Positions 9,529 through 17,863 are shown, counted from the stretch's first letter. The stretch: DNA of 64,000 nucleotides from Candidatus Dormiibacterota bacterium (GCA_019245575.1 JAFARE010000029.1:4158-68157); one strand, 5' to 3'. Notes: generated from the letters alone by a model not told the origin. Program-made: numbers and translations.

Positions 9529-10847
9529 TCCCCGCGCTGCCCGCGGCGGAGCTGGAGCCGCTCTGCAACCCAGCGCTTGCAGCACGCCTTCCCACACTCG
9601 CCGCCGCCATGGACGCAGCGACGATGGCGCAGCACCTGCAGCGGGCGCTCTTCTCCGGCTCGCCGTCGCGCGTCATTGCGTGCGGCCGGCCGCGTGCCGT
9701 GCTTGACGGCGACAGCTGCGCGCTGCAGTACCCGGTCACGCTGCTGGGGAGCGACGGCGCCGCGCTGCAGCTTCCCGTCCTTGCCGAGGTCTTCGCCACA
9801 GCAGAGGCCGCGCGGGACATGCACGACACGCTGCTCGGCCCCTTGAGCGAGGAGTGGGGCCGCATCGACATTGCCCAGCTGACGTGGAGCGCCGCGCTCG
9901 GCGAGCTGCGCATGGCGTGCAGCGTCTTCCCGGTCAGCGCGGCCCTGCCCCAGCTGGTGCGCGTCCTGGCGCCGGGATACCTCGACGCCCTGCTGCAGTC
10001 TTCGCTGCGCGACACGGAGATCCGCGTGGAGTCCGATGAGCTCGTGGTCTTGCGCCGCACCCGCGGCTGCGTGCTGCGCGTGCGCATCGAGGGACGAGAG
10101 CCACGCACCGCATATGCCAAGGTCGGGTACGCCGCCTACGGAGGCGCTGCCGCGGATGCGCTCGCGCAGCTGCGGAGCGGGCCGGTCACGCCTGCGCTCC
10201 GCCTGCCCGAGGTGCTCGGACGTGACGATGCGCTCGACGTCACGGTGCTGGCGGAGCTGCCAGGCACCCGCCCAGATCTGCGCACAGATGCCGAGCAGAT
10301 GGTCGGCGCGGCGGCGCGTTGCGCCGCCCTGCTGCACGCGTCACGCGTCGAGGGAGCGCCGCATCGCACGCTGCATGACGAGGTTGCGCGAGCGAGCGAC
10401 GCCGTGGACCGTGTGGCCCCCTATGCGCCGGCGGTGAGCTCGTGGCTGCGCGACGTGCTGCACGACGCGGAGTCCGCCGCGGGTGGCGGAGAAGAGGCGC
10501 CGGTGTTCTGCCACGGCGACCTCGCGCCGTCACAGGTGCTGCTGCACGAAGGCGTGCCCGCCATCCTCGACTTCGACAAGTGCTGCAGCGCCGAGCCCGC
10601 GCTGGACCTCGGCCGCTACCTCGCGTATCTCCGATTCGCGCTGGCCAAAGCCGGCGACCCGCGATCCGATCCGCTGGCGAAGGGATTCCTGCGCACATAC
10701 GAAACAGCCGGTGGGACGGTCCCACCGGCCGCTCGTCTGGCCGCCTACGAGACGGTTGCGCTGGTGCGCATGGCCGCTCGCAGCTGGCTGCAGCTCAAGC
10801 CGCAGCGGCTGCGACTGGCCTGCGACGTCATCGCACGGAGGTTGTGA
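9525..10847 (+). CDS. Mak/APH-fold phosphotransferase-like protein, paralog 5 (canonical HGD)
   Basis: 440 aa. VFCHGDLAPSQVLL...ILDFDKCCSAEPALDLGRYLAYL has the complete HGD-x4-QV catalytic loop and DFD, the closest to the maltokinase pattern. ATGA overlap with the ATP-grasp stop. Confidence 0.7.
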   Translation: MIPALPAAELEPLCNPALAARLPTLAAAMDAATMAQHLQRALFSGSPSRVIACGRPRAVLDGDSCALQYPVTLLGSDGAALQLPVLAEVFATAEAARDMHDTLLGPLSEEWGRIDIAQLTWSAALGELRMACSVFPVSAALPQLVRVLAPGYLDALLQSSLRDTEIRVESDELVVLRRTRGCVLRVRIEGREPRTAYAKVGYAAYGGAAADALAQLRSGPVTPALRLPEVLGRDDALDVTVLAELPGTRPDLRTDAEQMVGAAARCAALLHASRVEGAPHRTLHDEVARASDAVDRVAPYAPAVSSWLRDVLHDAESAAGGGEEAPVFCHGDLAPSQVLLHEGVPAILDFDKCCSAEPALDLGRYLAYLRFALAKAGDPRSDPLAKGFLRTYETAGGTVPPAARLAAYETVALVRMAARSWLQLKPQRLRLACDVIARRL

Positions 10848-11658
10848 ACGTCGTCCCGCCGCCCAGTCCGGCGCACTGGCCGTCGGTCTCACTGACGATG
10901 TTCGGCTCCGAACCGAAGTCGTCGTTCACCGCGGGCGTGCCCATGTCCCACTCGTCATTGCGGCAGGTGAGCTCGTCGCCGATCTGGTTCGATTCGAGCT
11001 CGATGAACTCGTTGACCACGTCGACGTTCTTCACCGACACCGAGCCGCCGATCGTGTTGTACGAGATCTCCACGCGGTTGACGTCATCGCTGTTGAGCAC
11101 CCAGACGTCGCCGCTGATCATGTTGGGCGACTCGCAGGTCAGGTCGGGGTCGTTGTTGCCGCCGCCCGAGTAGTCGTAGTCCTCGGTCTCGCCGTTGGCG
11201 ACGCCCTCCGCGAGCGTCGGCTCGCCGATGACCCACGTCCCGCTCTTCAGGTTCTTGAGGATCACGTCGCCGCCCACGGTGGAACCGCAGATGAAGCCGC
11301 CGAAGGCGCCGCCGGCCGTGCCGTCGACGATGAAGTCACCGCCGATCGAAGTGCTGGCCTCGATGTTCACCTGCGTCGGGTTCTTGGCGAAGAGCGAGCC
11401 GCCGATGCTGGTGCCATCGCGGGTGAACAGCTTTGCCGCCTTGTCCACCTTGACATCGCCGCTGATCGACCAGCCGTGGATGTGACACACCGCACCGGGC
11501 GGCACCTCCAGGTTCCCGGTCACGTTGCCGTTGACCGGGAAGTTCGTGTCGTCGCACTTGGTCACGGTGGCCGCGGCCGCGCGCGGGCCGCTCAATGCCA
11601 ATCCCCCGGCGACGACAAGAATCGATGCCGCGCCGAACGCGGCCTTCCTCACCCTCAT
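10828..11658 (-). CDS. Secreted repeat protein (signal peptide; about 20-aa G-G-[DS]-x-x-[VI] repeats, beta-helix/putative-adhesin-like)
   Basis: 276 aa. N-terminal MRVRKAAFGAASILVVAGGLALSG is signal-like. Repeats SISGDVKVD, SIGGSLFA, SIGGDFIVDG, TVGGDVILKN, MISGDVWVLN, TIGGSVSVKN. The 3' end overlaps paralog 5 convergently by 20 nt. Confidence 0.6.
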   Translation of the reverse strand: MRVRKAAFGAASILVVAGGLALSGPRAAAATVTKCDDTNFPVNGNVTGNLEVPPGAVCHIHGWSISGDVKVDKAAKLFTRDGTSIGGSLFAKNPTQVNIEASTSIGGDFIVDGTAGGAFGGFICGSTVGGDVILKNLKSGTWVIGEPTLAEGVANGETEDYDYSGGGNNDPDLTCESPNMISGDVWVLNSDDVNRVEISYNTIGGSVSVKNVDVVNEFIELESNQIGDELTCRNDEWDMGTPAVNDDFGSEPNIVSETDGQCAGLGGGTTFTTSVR

Positions 11659-11689
11659 GGCCTTACCCCCCTCTCAGGTATGGGAAAAC

Positions 11690-11720
11690 GGTGCAGCGAC
11701 GATAACACCGCCGCTGCACC
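11690..11720 (-). terminator. Hairpin (9-bp perfect stem GGTGCAGCG/CGCTGCACC) after the MFS gene, followed on the minus strand by GUUUUCCC
   Basis: Inverted repeat read directly in the 76-nt gap between the MFS stop (11735) and the next minus-strand start (11658). Confidence 0.35.
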
Positions 11721-11734
11721 GATTTGTGGGCTCG

Positions 11735-13156
11735 TCAGGCGGCGTCCACCAGCGGCGCGACACCGAACGTGACCTCCGGTTCCGCCGCAACGTGCGCGCG
11801 CCGGCCGGGCACGAGCAGGGCGACGAGGGCGCCGACGCCGAGGACGCCTGCACCGACGAACGCCGCGGGCTGAAGGCCGGCGACGAACTGCTGCGCTGAG
11901 GCGAAGCCACCCGCGTGGCTGAAGACCGTGGCCAGCACGGCGACGCCGAACACGCCGCCCACCTCGCGGATGGCGCTGTTCGCGCCCGACGCCTGGCCCG
12001 CCTCGTGCGGCCGCACCGCGGACAGCACGGCGTTGGCGGATGGCGCGAACACCAATGCCATGCCGGCGCCGGCGAGCATGAACGGCGGGATCAGCACCGC
12101 GTACGGCGTTGCCGGGCCGAGCAGCGCGGCGATCCACGTGATGGCGATTGCCTGCAGGGCCAGCCCGGCGAACATCAGCGGGCGGCTGCCGACGCGATCC
12201 GAGAGCACGCCTGCGATGGGCGCGACCACCATCGGCATCGCGGTCCACGGCAGCGTGCGGATGCCCGCGCCCAGCGCCGAGTAGTGCTGCGCGGTCTGGA
12301 AGAACTGGGCCAGCAGGAAGATGGAGCCGAACATCCCGAAGTACATCGCGTAGGACACGCCGTTGGTTGCTGAGAAGGCGCGGTTCCGGAAGAAGCGCAG
12401 CGGCAGCATCGGCGCCGGGCTGCGGCGCTCCCAGAGCGCGAACGCCACGAGCAGGGCTGCGCCGCCGAGGAGCGCGCCCATCACCGTCGCGCTGCCCCAG
12501 CCCAGCGCGTTGGCGCGCACGAGGCCGTACACGATGCCGAAGAGGCCGGCCGTGGCAAGCAGGATGCCGGGGATGTCGAAGCGCCGGTTGCTGCCAAAGC
12601 TTTCCGAAAGCCGTGCGTACGCGAGTGGCGCCACAACGATGCCCACCGGCACGTTGAGCCAGAAGATCCAGTGCCACGAGATGCCGCTCACCACGGCGCC
12701 GCCGATGACTGGCCCCAGCGCGACACCCAGGCCGCTGATGCCCGACCATACGCCGAGCGCGACGCCGCGCCGGCCCGCGGGGAACGCCTCGGAGAGCAGC
12801 GTCAGGGTCAGGGGCATGACGACCGCGCCGCCCGCACCCTGCACGGCGCGAGCCACGATCAGCGCGGTTGCGCTGGGCGCGAGCGCAGCCGCGGCCGAAC
12901 CGAGGGTGAACAGCGACAGCCCGGCAATGAACATGCGCCGCCGTCCGAAGCGGTCGCCCAGCGCTGCGCCCGTGAGCAGCAGCACCGCAAAGCTCAGCGT
13001 GTATGCGTTCACCGTCCACTCGAGCGTGTCGAGCCCGGCGTGCAGCTCCATGCGGATGCTGGGCAGCGCCGTGGTCACCACGAGGTTGTCCAGCGTGACC
13101 ATGAAGAGCGCCACGGAGACCAGCGCCAGGGTCCAACCGGTTCGCGTCCGAGGCAT
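11735..13156 (-). CDS. MFS transporter, DHA2 (EmrB/QacA-like, 14-TMS) drug:H+ antiporter family
   Basis: 473 aa from the internal ATG (MPRTRTGWTLALVSVALFMVTLDNLVVTTALPSI...). The start is 11 nt after an AAGGAG on the minus strand (reads AAGGAGCGAGAACGATG); the upstream part of the 727-aa ORF is non-coding-like. Confidence 0.85.
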   Translation of the reverse strand: MPRTRTGWTLALVSVALFMVTLDNLVVTTALPSIRMELHAGLDTLEWTVNAYTLSFAVLLLTGAALGDRFGRRRMFIAGLSLFTLGSAAAALAPSATALIVARAVQGAGGAVVMPLTLTLLSEAFPAGRRGVALGVWSGISGLGVALGPVIGGAVVSGISWHWIFWLNVPVGIVVAPLAYARLSESFGSNRRFDIPGILLATAGLFGIVYGLVRANALGWGSATVMGALLGGAALLVAFALWERRSPAPMLPLRFFRNRAFSATNGVSYAMYFGMFGSIFLLAQFFQTAQHYSALGAGIRTLPWTAMPMVVAPIAGVLSDRVGSRPLMFAGLALQAIAITWIAALLGPATPYAVLIPPFMLAGAGMALVFAPSANAVLSAVRPHEAGQASGANSAIREVGGVFGVAVLATVFSHAGGFASAQQFVAGLQPAAFVGAGVLGVGALVALLVPGRRAHVAAEPEVTFGVAPLVDAA

Positions 13157-13224
13157 CGTTCTCGCTCCTTTTATTGATGGATTTATAAGTTGCTGATGCA
13201 AAAAAAATTGGCCTGTGCTCAGGC
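13157..13224 (-). promoter_or_regulatory. AT-rich island between tetR and the MFS gene: short hairpin GCCTG-n4-CAGGC plus a U8 tract (terminator/attenuator-like) followed by a promoter-like AT-rich stretch and SD
   Basis: Plus strand 13194-13224 reads caaaaaaaattgGCCTGtgctCAGGC. This is the only strongly AT-rich stretch nearby. It contains TTATTGAT, which also occurs upstream of tetR (13790-13802). Confidence 0.35.
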
Positions 13225-13782
13225 GTCCGCCGCGGCCGCGCCGGCCTTCGCTTCCCACAGCGGCGCGCAGATCTCGGGGAGCTCTAGGGCCGTGGTCACG
13301 TTGGCCAGCATGCCGCCCGCGAAGAACAGCGCCACCTCCTCCGCCGTGGCGCCGCTCCAGCGGGCGATGTCGTCGGCCAGCGCCTTGAACCCGCGCGCAA
13401 CGTGCCGCCGGATCTCGGGGTCGCCCGCCGCGGCATAGGCCTGCAGCTGGCAGAGCAGCGCGAAGCGGTCCGAGATCAGCGCGGGGTAGCTCATGCCCAT
13501 CCGATCCAGGGCGTCCTGCGGGTTCTGCGCCCCGCGCACCGCATCCCGGAAGGTCGCGCGGATGCGCCCCTGCACGCGGTCGTGCACGGCGAGGAACAGG
13601 TCCTGCTTGCTGGGAAACAGGGCGTAGATGTAGGGCTGGCTGATGCCGGCGCGCTTGGCGATGGCCGCCGTGCTGGCCGCGGCGTAGCCGGCCTCGGCGA
13701 ACTCGCGGATGGCCGCTTCGAGCACCTGCTCGCGGCGCTCCTCCGCGCTGCGCCTGGTCTGGACGGCGGTCGCCGGTGTCAT
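13219..13782 (-). CDS. TetR family transcriptional regulator
   Basis: 187 aa from the internal ATG. N-terminal HTH region RREQVLEAAIREFAEAGYAAASTAAIAKRAGISQPYIYALFPSKQDLF. Confidence 0.8.
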   Translation of the reverse strand: MTPATAVQTRRSAEERREQVLEAAIREFAEAGYAAASTAAIAKRAGISQPYIYALFPSKQDLFLAVHDRVQGRIRATFRDAVRGAQNPQDALDRMGMSYPALISDRFALLCQLQAYAAAGDPEIRRHVARGFKALADDIARWSGATAEEVALFFAGGMLANVTTALELPEICAPLWEAKAGAAAADA

Positions 13783-13881
13783 GTCGCCGCTGATTATTGA
13801 TCGACCTATCACAAGATGTCCAAGCCCTTCCCGGCGGCCTCTGCCTGTGCGAGTTGGAACCTGCCCTAGACTCCGCCGCCG

Positions 13882-14643
13882 ATGCCCGAGCCCCTCGCGC
13901 CACCGCCGCCACCACCACCGGGCGACGAGGCCGCCGAGGCGGTCGCCGCGGTCGAGGCGGCCGAGGCGCGGGAGGGCGAGCCGCAGGACCGCTTCCGGAC
14001 GCGCGTGGCGATCGCCATCGCCGTGGTGTCGATCCTCGGCGCCGTGGTGGCCTTCACCGGCACGCTCGCAGGTCAGTCCGCCACCGAGCTGGACCAGTCC
14101 GGCATCGAGGACACCTCGACGCAGCAGCAGGTCATCACAAACCTGAGCGGCACCGTGGACGAGGACCTGCGCAACCTCGCGCCCTACCAGGAGGACCTCA
14201 AGGCAGCCGACATCCTGCAGTCGCAGGCGGCCACGCTGGACAACACCGATCCCTCTGCGGCCGCGCAGCTGCGAGCCCAGGCGCAGTCCTACAAGGTCCT
14301 TGCGCGGACCCGCGAGCAGTTCTTCCGCGGGGCGATCCCCGCCCCCGGCGCCAGCGGCGCGCCGGTGCAGTACGACCCGGTGGCCACGCTGCACCGCCTC
14401 GAAGCGGAGAACGAGCAGCTGAGCGAGCTCCGCCCTGACGCCACGCTGGCGCAGGCGGACGCCAAGCACGCCCAGGGCGTGAACCTCGTCGGGCTCGTGA
14501 CGCTCTTCATCGCCGCGCTGCTGTTCCTCACGCTGGCGCAGTTCACGCGGCCGGCCATACGCCGCCTCTTCGCCGCTGCGGGCGGCGCCACCGCGCTGGT
14601 CGCGCTCGTACTCTGGATCGTGGTGCTGGTGACCGGCGGATGA
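13882..14643 (+). CDS. Membrane protein, hypothetical (Pro-rich N-terminus, two predicted TM segments)
   Basis: 253 aa. PPPPPPP tract, hydrophobic segments VAIAIAVVSILGAVVAF and LVGLVTLFIAALLFLTLAQF...LVALVLWIVVLV. Confidence 0.5.
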   Translation: MPEPLAPPPPPPPGDEAAEAVAAVEAAEAREGEPQDRFRTRVAIAIAVVSILGAVVAFTGTLAGQSATELDQSGIEDTSTQQQVITNLSGTVDEDLRNLAPYQEDLKAADILQSQAATLDNTDPSAAAQLRAQAQSYKVLARTREQFFRGAIPAPGASGAPVQYDPVATLHRLEAENEQLSELRPDATLAQADAKHAQGVNLVGLVTLFIAALLFLTLAQFTRPAIRRLFAAAGGATALVALVLWIVVLVTGG

Positions 14644-16943
14644 TGAAGCCGCCGGAGCGTGTGGAGATCCCCGAGGCGGAGGATCTGCGCCGCGAGCGCT
14701 TCGCGCGCATCCTCGCGGTTCTGATCGTCATCGCGACGCTGGGTGTGGCGTCCGTCGAGTACCTGCACTCCGTCGCCGAGAAGAACGCGGACGCTGCCGG
14801 CGTCGAGGCGCAGACGCAGAGCATCCAGCGCCAGGGCGACCTCGTGCGCGCGCAGGATGCGGCCCACGCGCAGATCGACATCTACGCGCATCAGCAGCAG
14901 CAGCGCGCCGCCCAGGGCAACGCGTTTCAGGAGTACCTCGCCCCCAGCGTGGCGCAGGGGTCGACGCAGGCGCAGGTGCTGCAGGACGAGGAGAACCGCT
15001 GGTCCACGCTGGCGTCGCTCACCGGCGACCTCACCAGCATCAAGCCGAACACCGCGACCAGCCCGCAGAACGACACGGCATTCCCCAACGTGCTGTTCAG
15101 CCAGAGCGAGCGCGACGCTGACAGGTTGTTCGCGCTGCTCGACGCGCAGAACCAGCTGCGCAGCGACTGGCTGGGCCGCGCCGGCCTGCTGTCGGTGATC
15201 CTCACGCTCCTGGCCGTGGCGATCTACCTCTTCGGTCTGTCGCTCACGTTGCAGGCCGCTGTGCGGCGCTGGCTGGTGGGCCTCGGCGTCGTGCTCGTGG
15301 TGGTCGGCGGTCTGGCCACCATCGTGCTGCAGTTCGGCAACCCCGGCGCGCCACCCGACGCGGCCGCCGACGCGTACTCCGAGGGCGTGTACGCGCTGAA
15401 CACGTTCTACACAAAGCCCGGCGACGCGGGCCTGCGCGACGCGTACACCGCGTTCACCAAGGCGATCCAGCTTCGCCCTCGCTTCGCCCAGGCATACCTG
15501 CAGCGCTCGCAGGTGCAATTCCTGCTCGGCTCACCGCAGCGTCAGGCGGAGTTCGCAGACATCACGACCGCGTCGGCCCTGCAGGCGCAGGGCAGCGACC
15601 TGCAGCAGGCCTATGACCTCGGCCTGCGCGACAAGCTGCTGCTCAACAACCTCGCCGCCAACCAGCTGCTGCTGGGCATCACGCAGAGCCAGTCAGGCCG
15701 CTACGGCGACGCAGTCACGAACCTCGACGCCGCGCTGGCGCTGGACTCGAACGATCCGCTGCTCTATTACAACAAGGGGCTCGCGCTCCTGGCGCAGGGC
15801 AAGAGCAGCCAGGCGCAGCAGGCGTATCACGATGCAGTGGCGCACACCGTGTACATCGACGTCGCGCACCGCGTCGCCCGAGGCGACCCGGCGACGGAGG
15901 AGAACTACGTCGGCGGAGCGCTGTCATCGCTCGACCTGCTCGCCGCCCACCATTCCGGCCTGGCAGCGCAGGTGAAGGCGGCGAAGGAGATGATCGTCGC
16001 CGGTGTGACGAGCCCGAACGCGACGCCCGGCGCGGCGCCGACGTTCAAGATGAGCGCGATCGACGTCTTCCCAGCGGAGCTGCAGTGGAGCGCGCAGATC
16101 GACGGCGTGGACCTCAGCGCCAAGACCACGACCGTCTCGACGCAGTGGTACTACCAGGATCCGCACAAGCTCGGATGGTCGGTGATCCCCGCACTCTCAG
16201 GCCCGTCGGCGGCTGCGACCAGCGGCGTGACGGTGGACAACGCCGTGTACCAGGACACGTGCTCCACTTGCGCGGCGGACGAGTACTTCCTGATCAACAG
16301 CTCGCTCAAGGCGTCGGGACAGTGCCTGCAGCCGGGCCAGTACCGCGCCGAGGTGTACATCAACGGGCATCTCGCCGGCAACGGCACGAGCGACGGCAGC
16401 AGCCAGACATTGCAGTCGCAGGTGTTCAGCGACCTGGGCATGGACTTCTGCCACCCGGTTGGATGGACGGAGGACACCACCAACACGACCACGGGCTTCT
16501 CCGGCGGTTTCACCACCAAGGACGGCAGCTCAGGCGCGTACTTCGTACGCTTCCAGAATCCCGAGGTCTCGCCGGGGACCAGCGCCGCCACGGAAGCGCA
16601 GAGCTTCCGCGACGAGATGCTGAGCGTCTTCGCCTCGGTGCTGCCCAGCGACGCGGGCACGCCGGCGGTGGACTGCGGCACCAACAGCAACGGCACCAAC
16701 ACGCTGCCGTGGGGGCCCACCCTCGACTCCAGCTGCAACCGCACCGACGCGTTCTTCCTCGGTCTGACCGGCGCCACGGAGACCTGGTACACGTACAACG
16801 GCGGCGAGCTGCACATCGGCACCGGTGTCACCGGCGACGGCGCGGTGCTGGGCGCCTTCACGTTCGGTCCGAGCAGCCAGTGGCAGGCGTCGGGCGAACC
16901 GCTGCCGGACGTGGTGTTCGACTCGATCGTCTTCACCGGGTAG
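14640..16943 (+). CDS. Membrane-anchored TPR-repeat protein, hypothetical
   Basis: 767 aa. ATGA overlap with the upstream gene. TM segments near residues 20-40 and about 190-230. TPR-like repeats (AYLQRSQVQFLLG..., GRYGDAVTNLDAALALDSNDPLLYYNKGLALLAQGKSSQAQQAY). Large Ser/Thr/Gly-rich C-terminal domain. Confidence 0.55.
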   Translation: MMKPPERVEIPEAEDLRRERFARILAVLIVIATLGVASVEYLHSVAEKNADAAGVEAQTQSIQRQGDLVRAQDAAHAQIDIYAHQQQQRAAQGNAFQEYLAPSVAQGSTQAQVLQDEENRWSTLASLTGDLTSIKPNTATSPQNDTAFPNVLFSQSERDADRLFALLDAQNQLRSDWLGRAGLLSVILTLLAVAIYLFGLSLTLQAAVRRWLVGLGVVLVVVGGLATIVLQFGNPGAPPDAAADAYSEGVYALNTFYTKPGDAGLRDAYTAFTKAIQLRPRFAQAYLQRSQVQFLLGSPQRQAEFADITTASALQAQGSDLQQAYDLGLRDKLLLNNLAANQLLLGITQSQSGRYGDAVTNLDAALALDSNDPLLYYNKGLALLAQGKSSQAQQAYHDAVAHTVYIDVAHRVARGDPATEENYVGGALSSLDLLAAHHSGLAAQVKAAKEMIVAGVTSPNATPGAAPTFKMSAIDVFPAELQWSAQIDGVDLSAKTTTVSTQWYYQDPHKLGWSVIPALSGPSAAATSGVTVDNAVYQDTCSTCAADEYFLINSSLKASGQCLQPGQYRAEVYINGHLAGNGTSDGSSQTLQSQVFSDLGMDFCHPVGWTEDTTNTTTGFSGGFTTKDGSSGAYFVRFQNPEVSPGTSAATEAQSFRDEMLSVFASVLPSDAGTPAVDCGTNSNGTNTLPWGPTLDSSCNRTDAFFLGLTGATETWYTYNGGELHIGTGVTGDGAVLGAFTFGPSSQWQASGEPLPDVVFDSIVFTG

Positions 16944-16977
16944 CGCATCGTCCGCTGCGCGCGCGCGGCGCCGACGC

Positions 16978-17091
16978 ATGATGGCGCGCATGGAGTGTCC
17001 CGACTGCGGCGCGTGGAACGACGACAGCTCGCAGCAGTTCTGCGGCGAGTGCGGCGCGCTGCTCAACGACGGCGGCGGCCAGGCGAGCTGA
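16978..17091 (+). CDS. Small zinc-ribbon protein (CxxC...CxxC)
   Basis: 37 aa MMARMECPDCGAWNDDSSQQFCGECGALLNDGGGQAS. Two CxxC pairs. Confidence 0.35.
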   Translation: MMARMECPDCGAWNDDSSQQFCGECGALLNDGGGQAS

Positions 17092-17100
17092 CCGCGCGGC

Positions 17101-17751
17101 TCAGCGCGCGGCGGCGGGCGCCTTCACCTGCTGCGACTCGATCCAGCGCTGCAGCGCGTCGCCCGACTCGAAGGAGCTGATCAGCGCGTAGCGCGGCCCG
17201 GGGCCGGGATTGTGCACCACGTGAGCCAGGCGTTCGGTGTCGATGACCAGCTGGCGGCGCGGGTGCAGCTCGATGCGGCTCTCGGTGGACGGGTCGTCCT
17301 TCTGCTCGCGCAGGATGAACGTCGAACCCTGCGGCGCGTTGAGCTCGAGCCACGCGCGCACCACCCAGCCCTCGCCGTCGGGGTTGAGGCGGTTGTTGTC
17401 GTCGACGTGCAGCTGGCGCAGGGCGTCCTCCTCCGGCGACGGGTTGAGCTTGATCACGCGCACGCGGCCGAACCGCGCGCCGACCTGCTCGACGTAGGAG
17501 CAGAGGGTCGGCGCGATCTGCCGGTTCTGCGTCCAGATGCCGTCCTTGTCCGGCTTGCCGTGATCCCAGAAACCCCTGCATTCCATCTGGCCGAGCGCCG
17601 ACGCCAGCGGGGCGAAGTTCGTGTCGCCGCCGGACTTCCAGTCCACGTACTCGAGGCGATCCCACTCCTCGGGCGGGATCGCGGGCCCCTCGTAGTCGCG
17701 CAGGATCACGTACCCCGTGGGGTCGAGAACGTCGAGCTTGCGATGCGCCAT
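17101..17751 (-). CDS. Hypothetical protein, possibly aspartyl/asparaginyl beta-hydroxylase-like cupin
   Basis: 216 aa. LHVDDNNRLNPDG and VIDTERLAHVVHN loosely resemble the HxD...H motifs of Asp/Asn beta-hydroxylase-family cupins. This rests on weak pattern memory only. Confidence 0.35.
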   Translation of the reverse strand: MAHRKLDVLDPTGYVILRDYEGPAIPPEEWDRLEYVDWKSGGDTNFAPLASALGQMECRGFWDHGKPDKDGIWTQNRQIAPTLCSYVEQVGARFGRVRVIKLNPSPEEDALRQLHVDDNNRLNPDGEGWVVRAWLELNAPQGSTFILREQKDDPSTESRIELHPRRQLVIDTERLAHVVHNPGPGPRYALISSFESGDALQRWIESQQVKAPAAAR

Positions 17752-17863
17752 GAGGGATGCTCCTCCTCGTTCGCTTACCGATACGACCGGCGTCTCCCGC
17801 CGCTCCTAGGCTACGCCGCCGCCTCCGTCTTGGGTCGCCGGCGACGGCGGCTAAGCTGCCCTG

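Noticed and set aside
10975-10995. GGTTCGATTCGAG resembling a tRNA T-loop
   Set aside because: It lies inside the secreted repeat-protein CDS with no acceptor/anticodon stem context. No tRNA-like cloverleaf could be built anywhere in the window.
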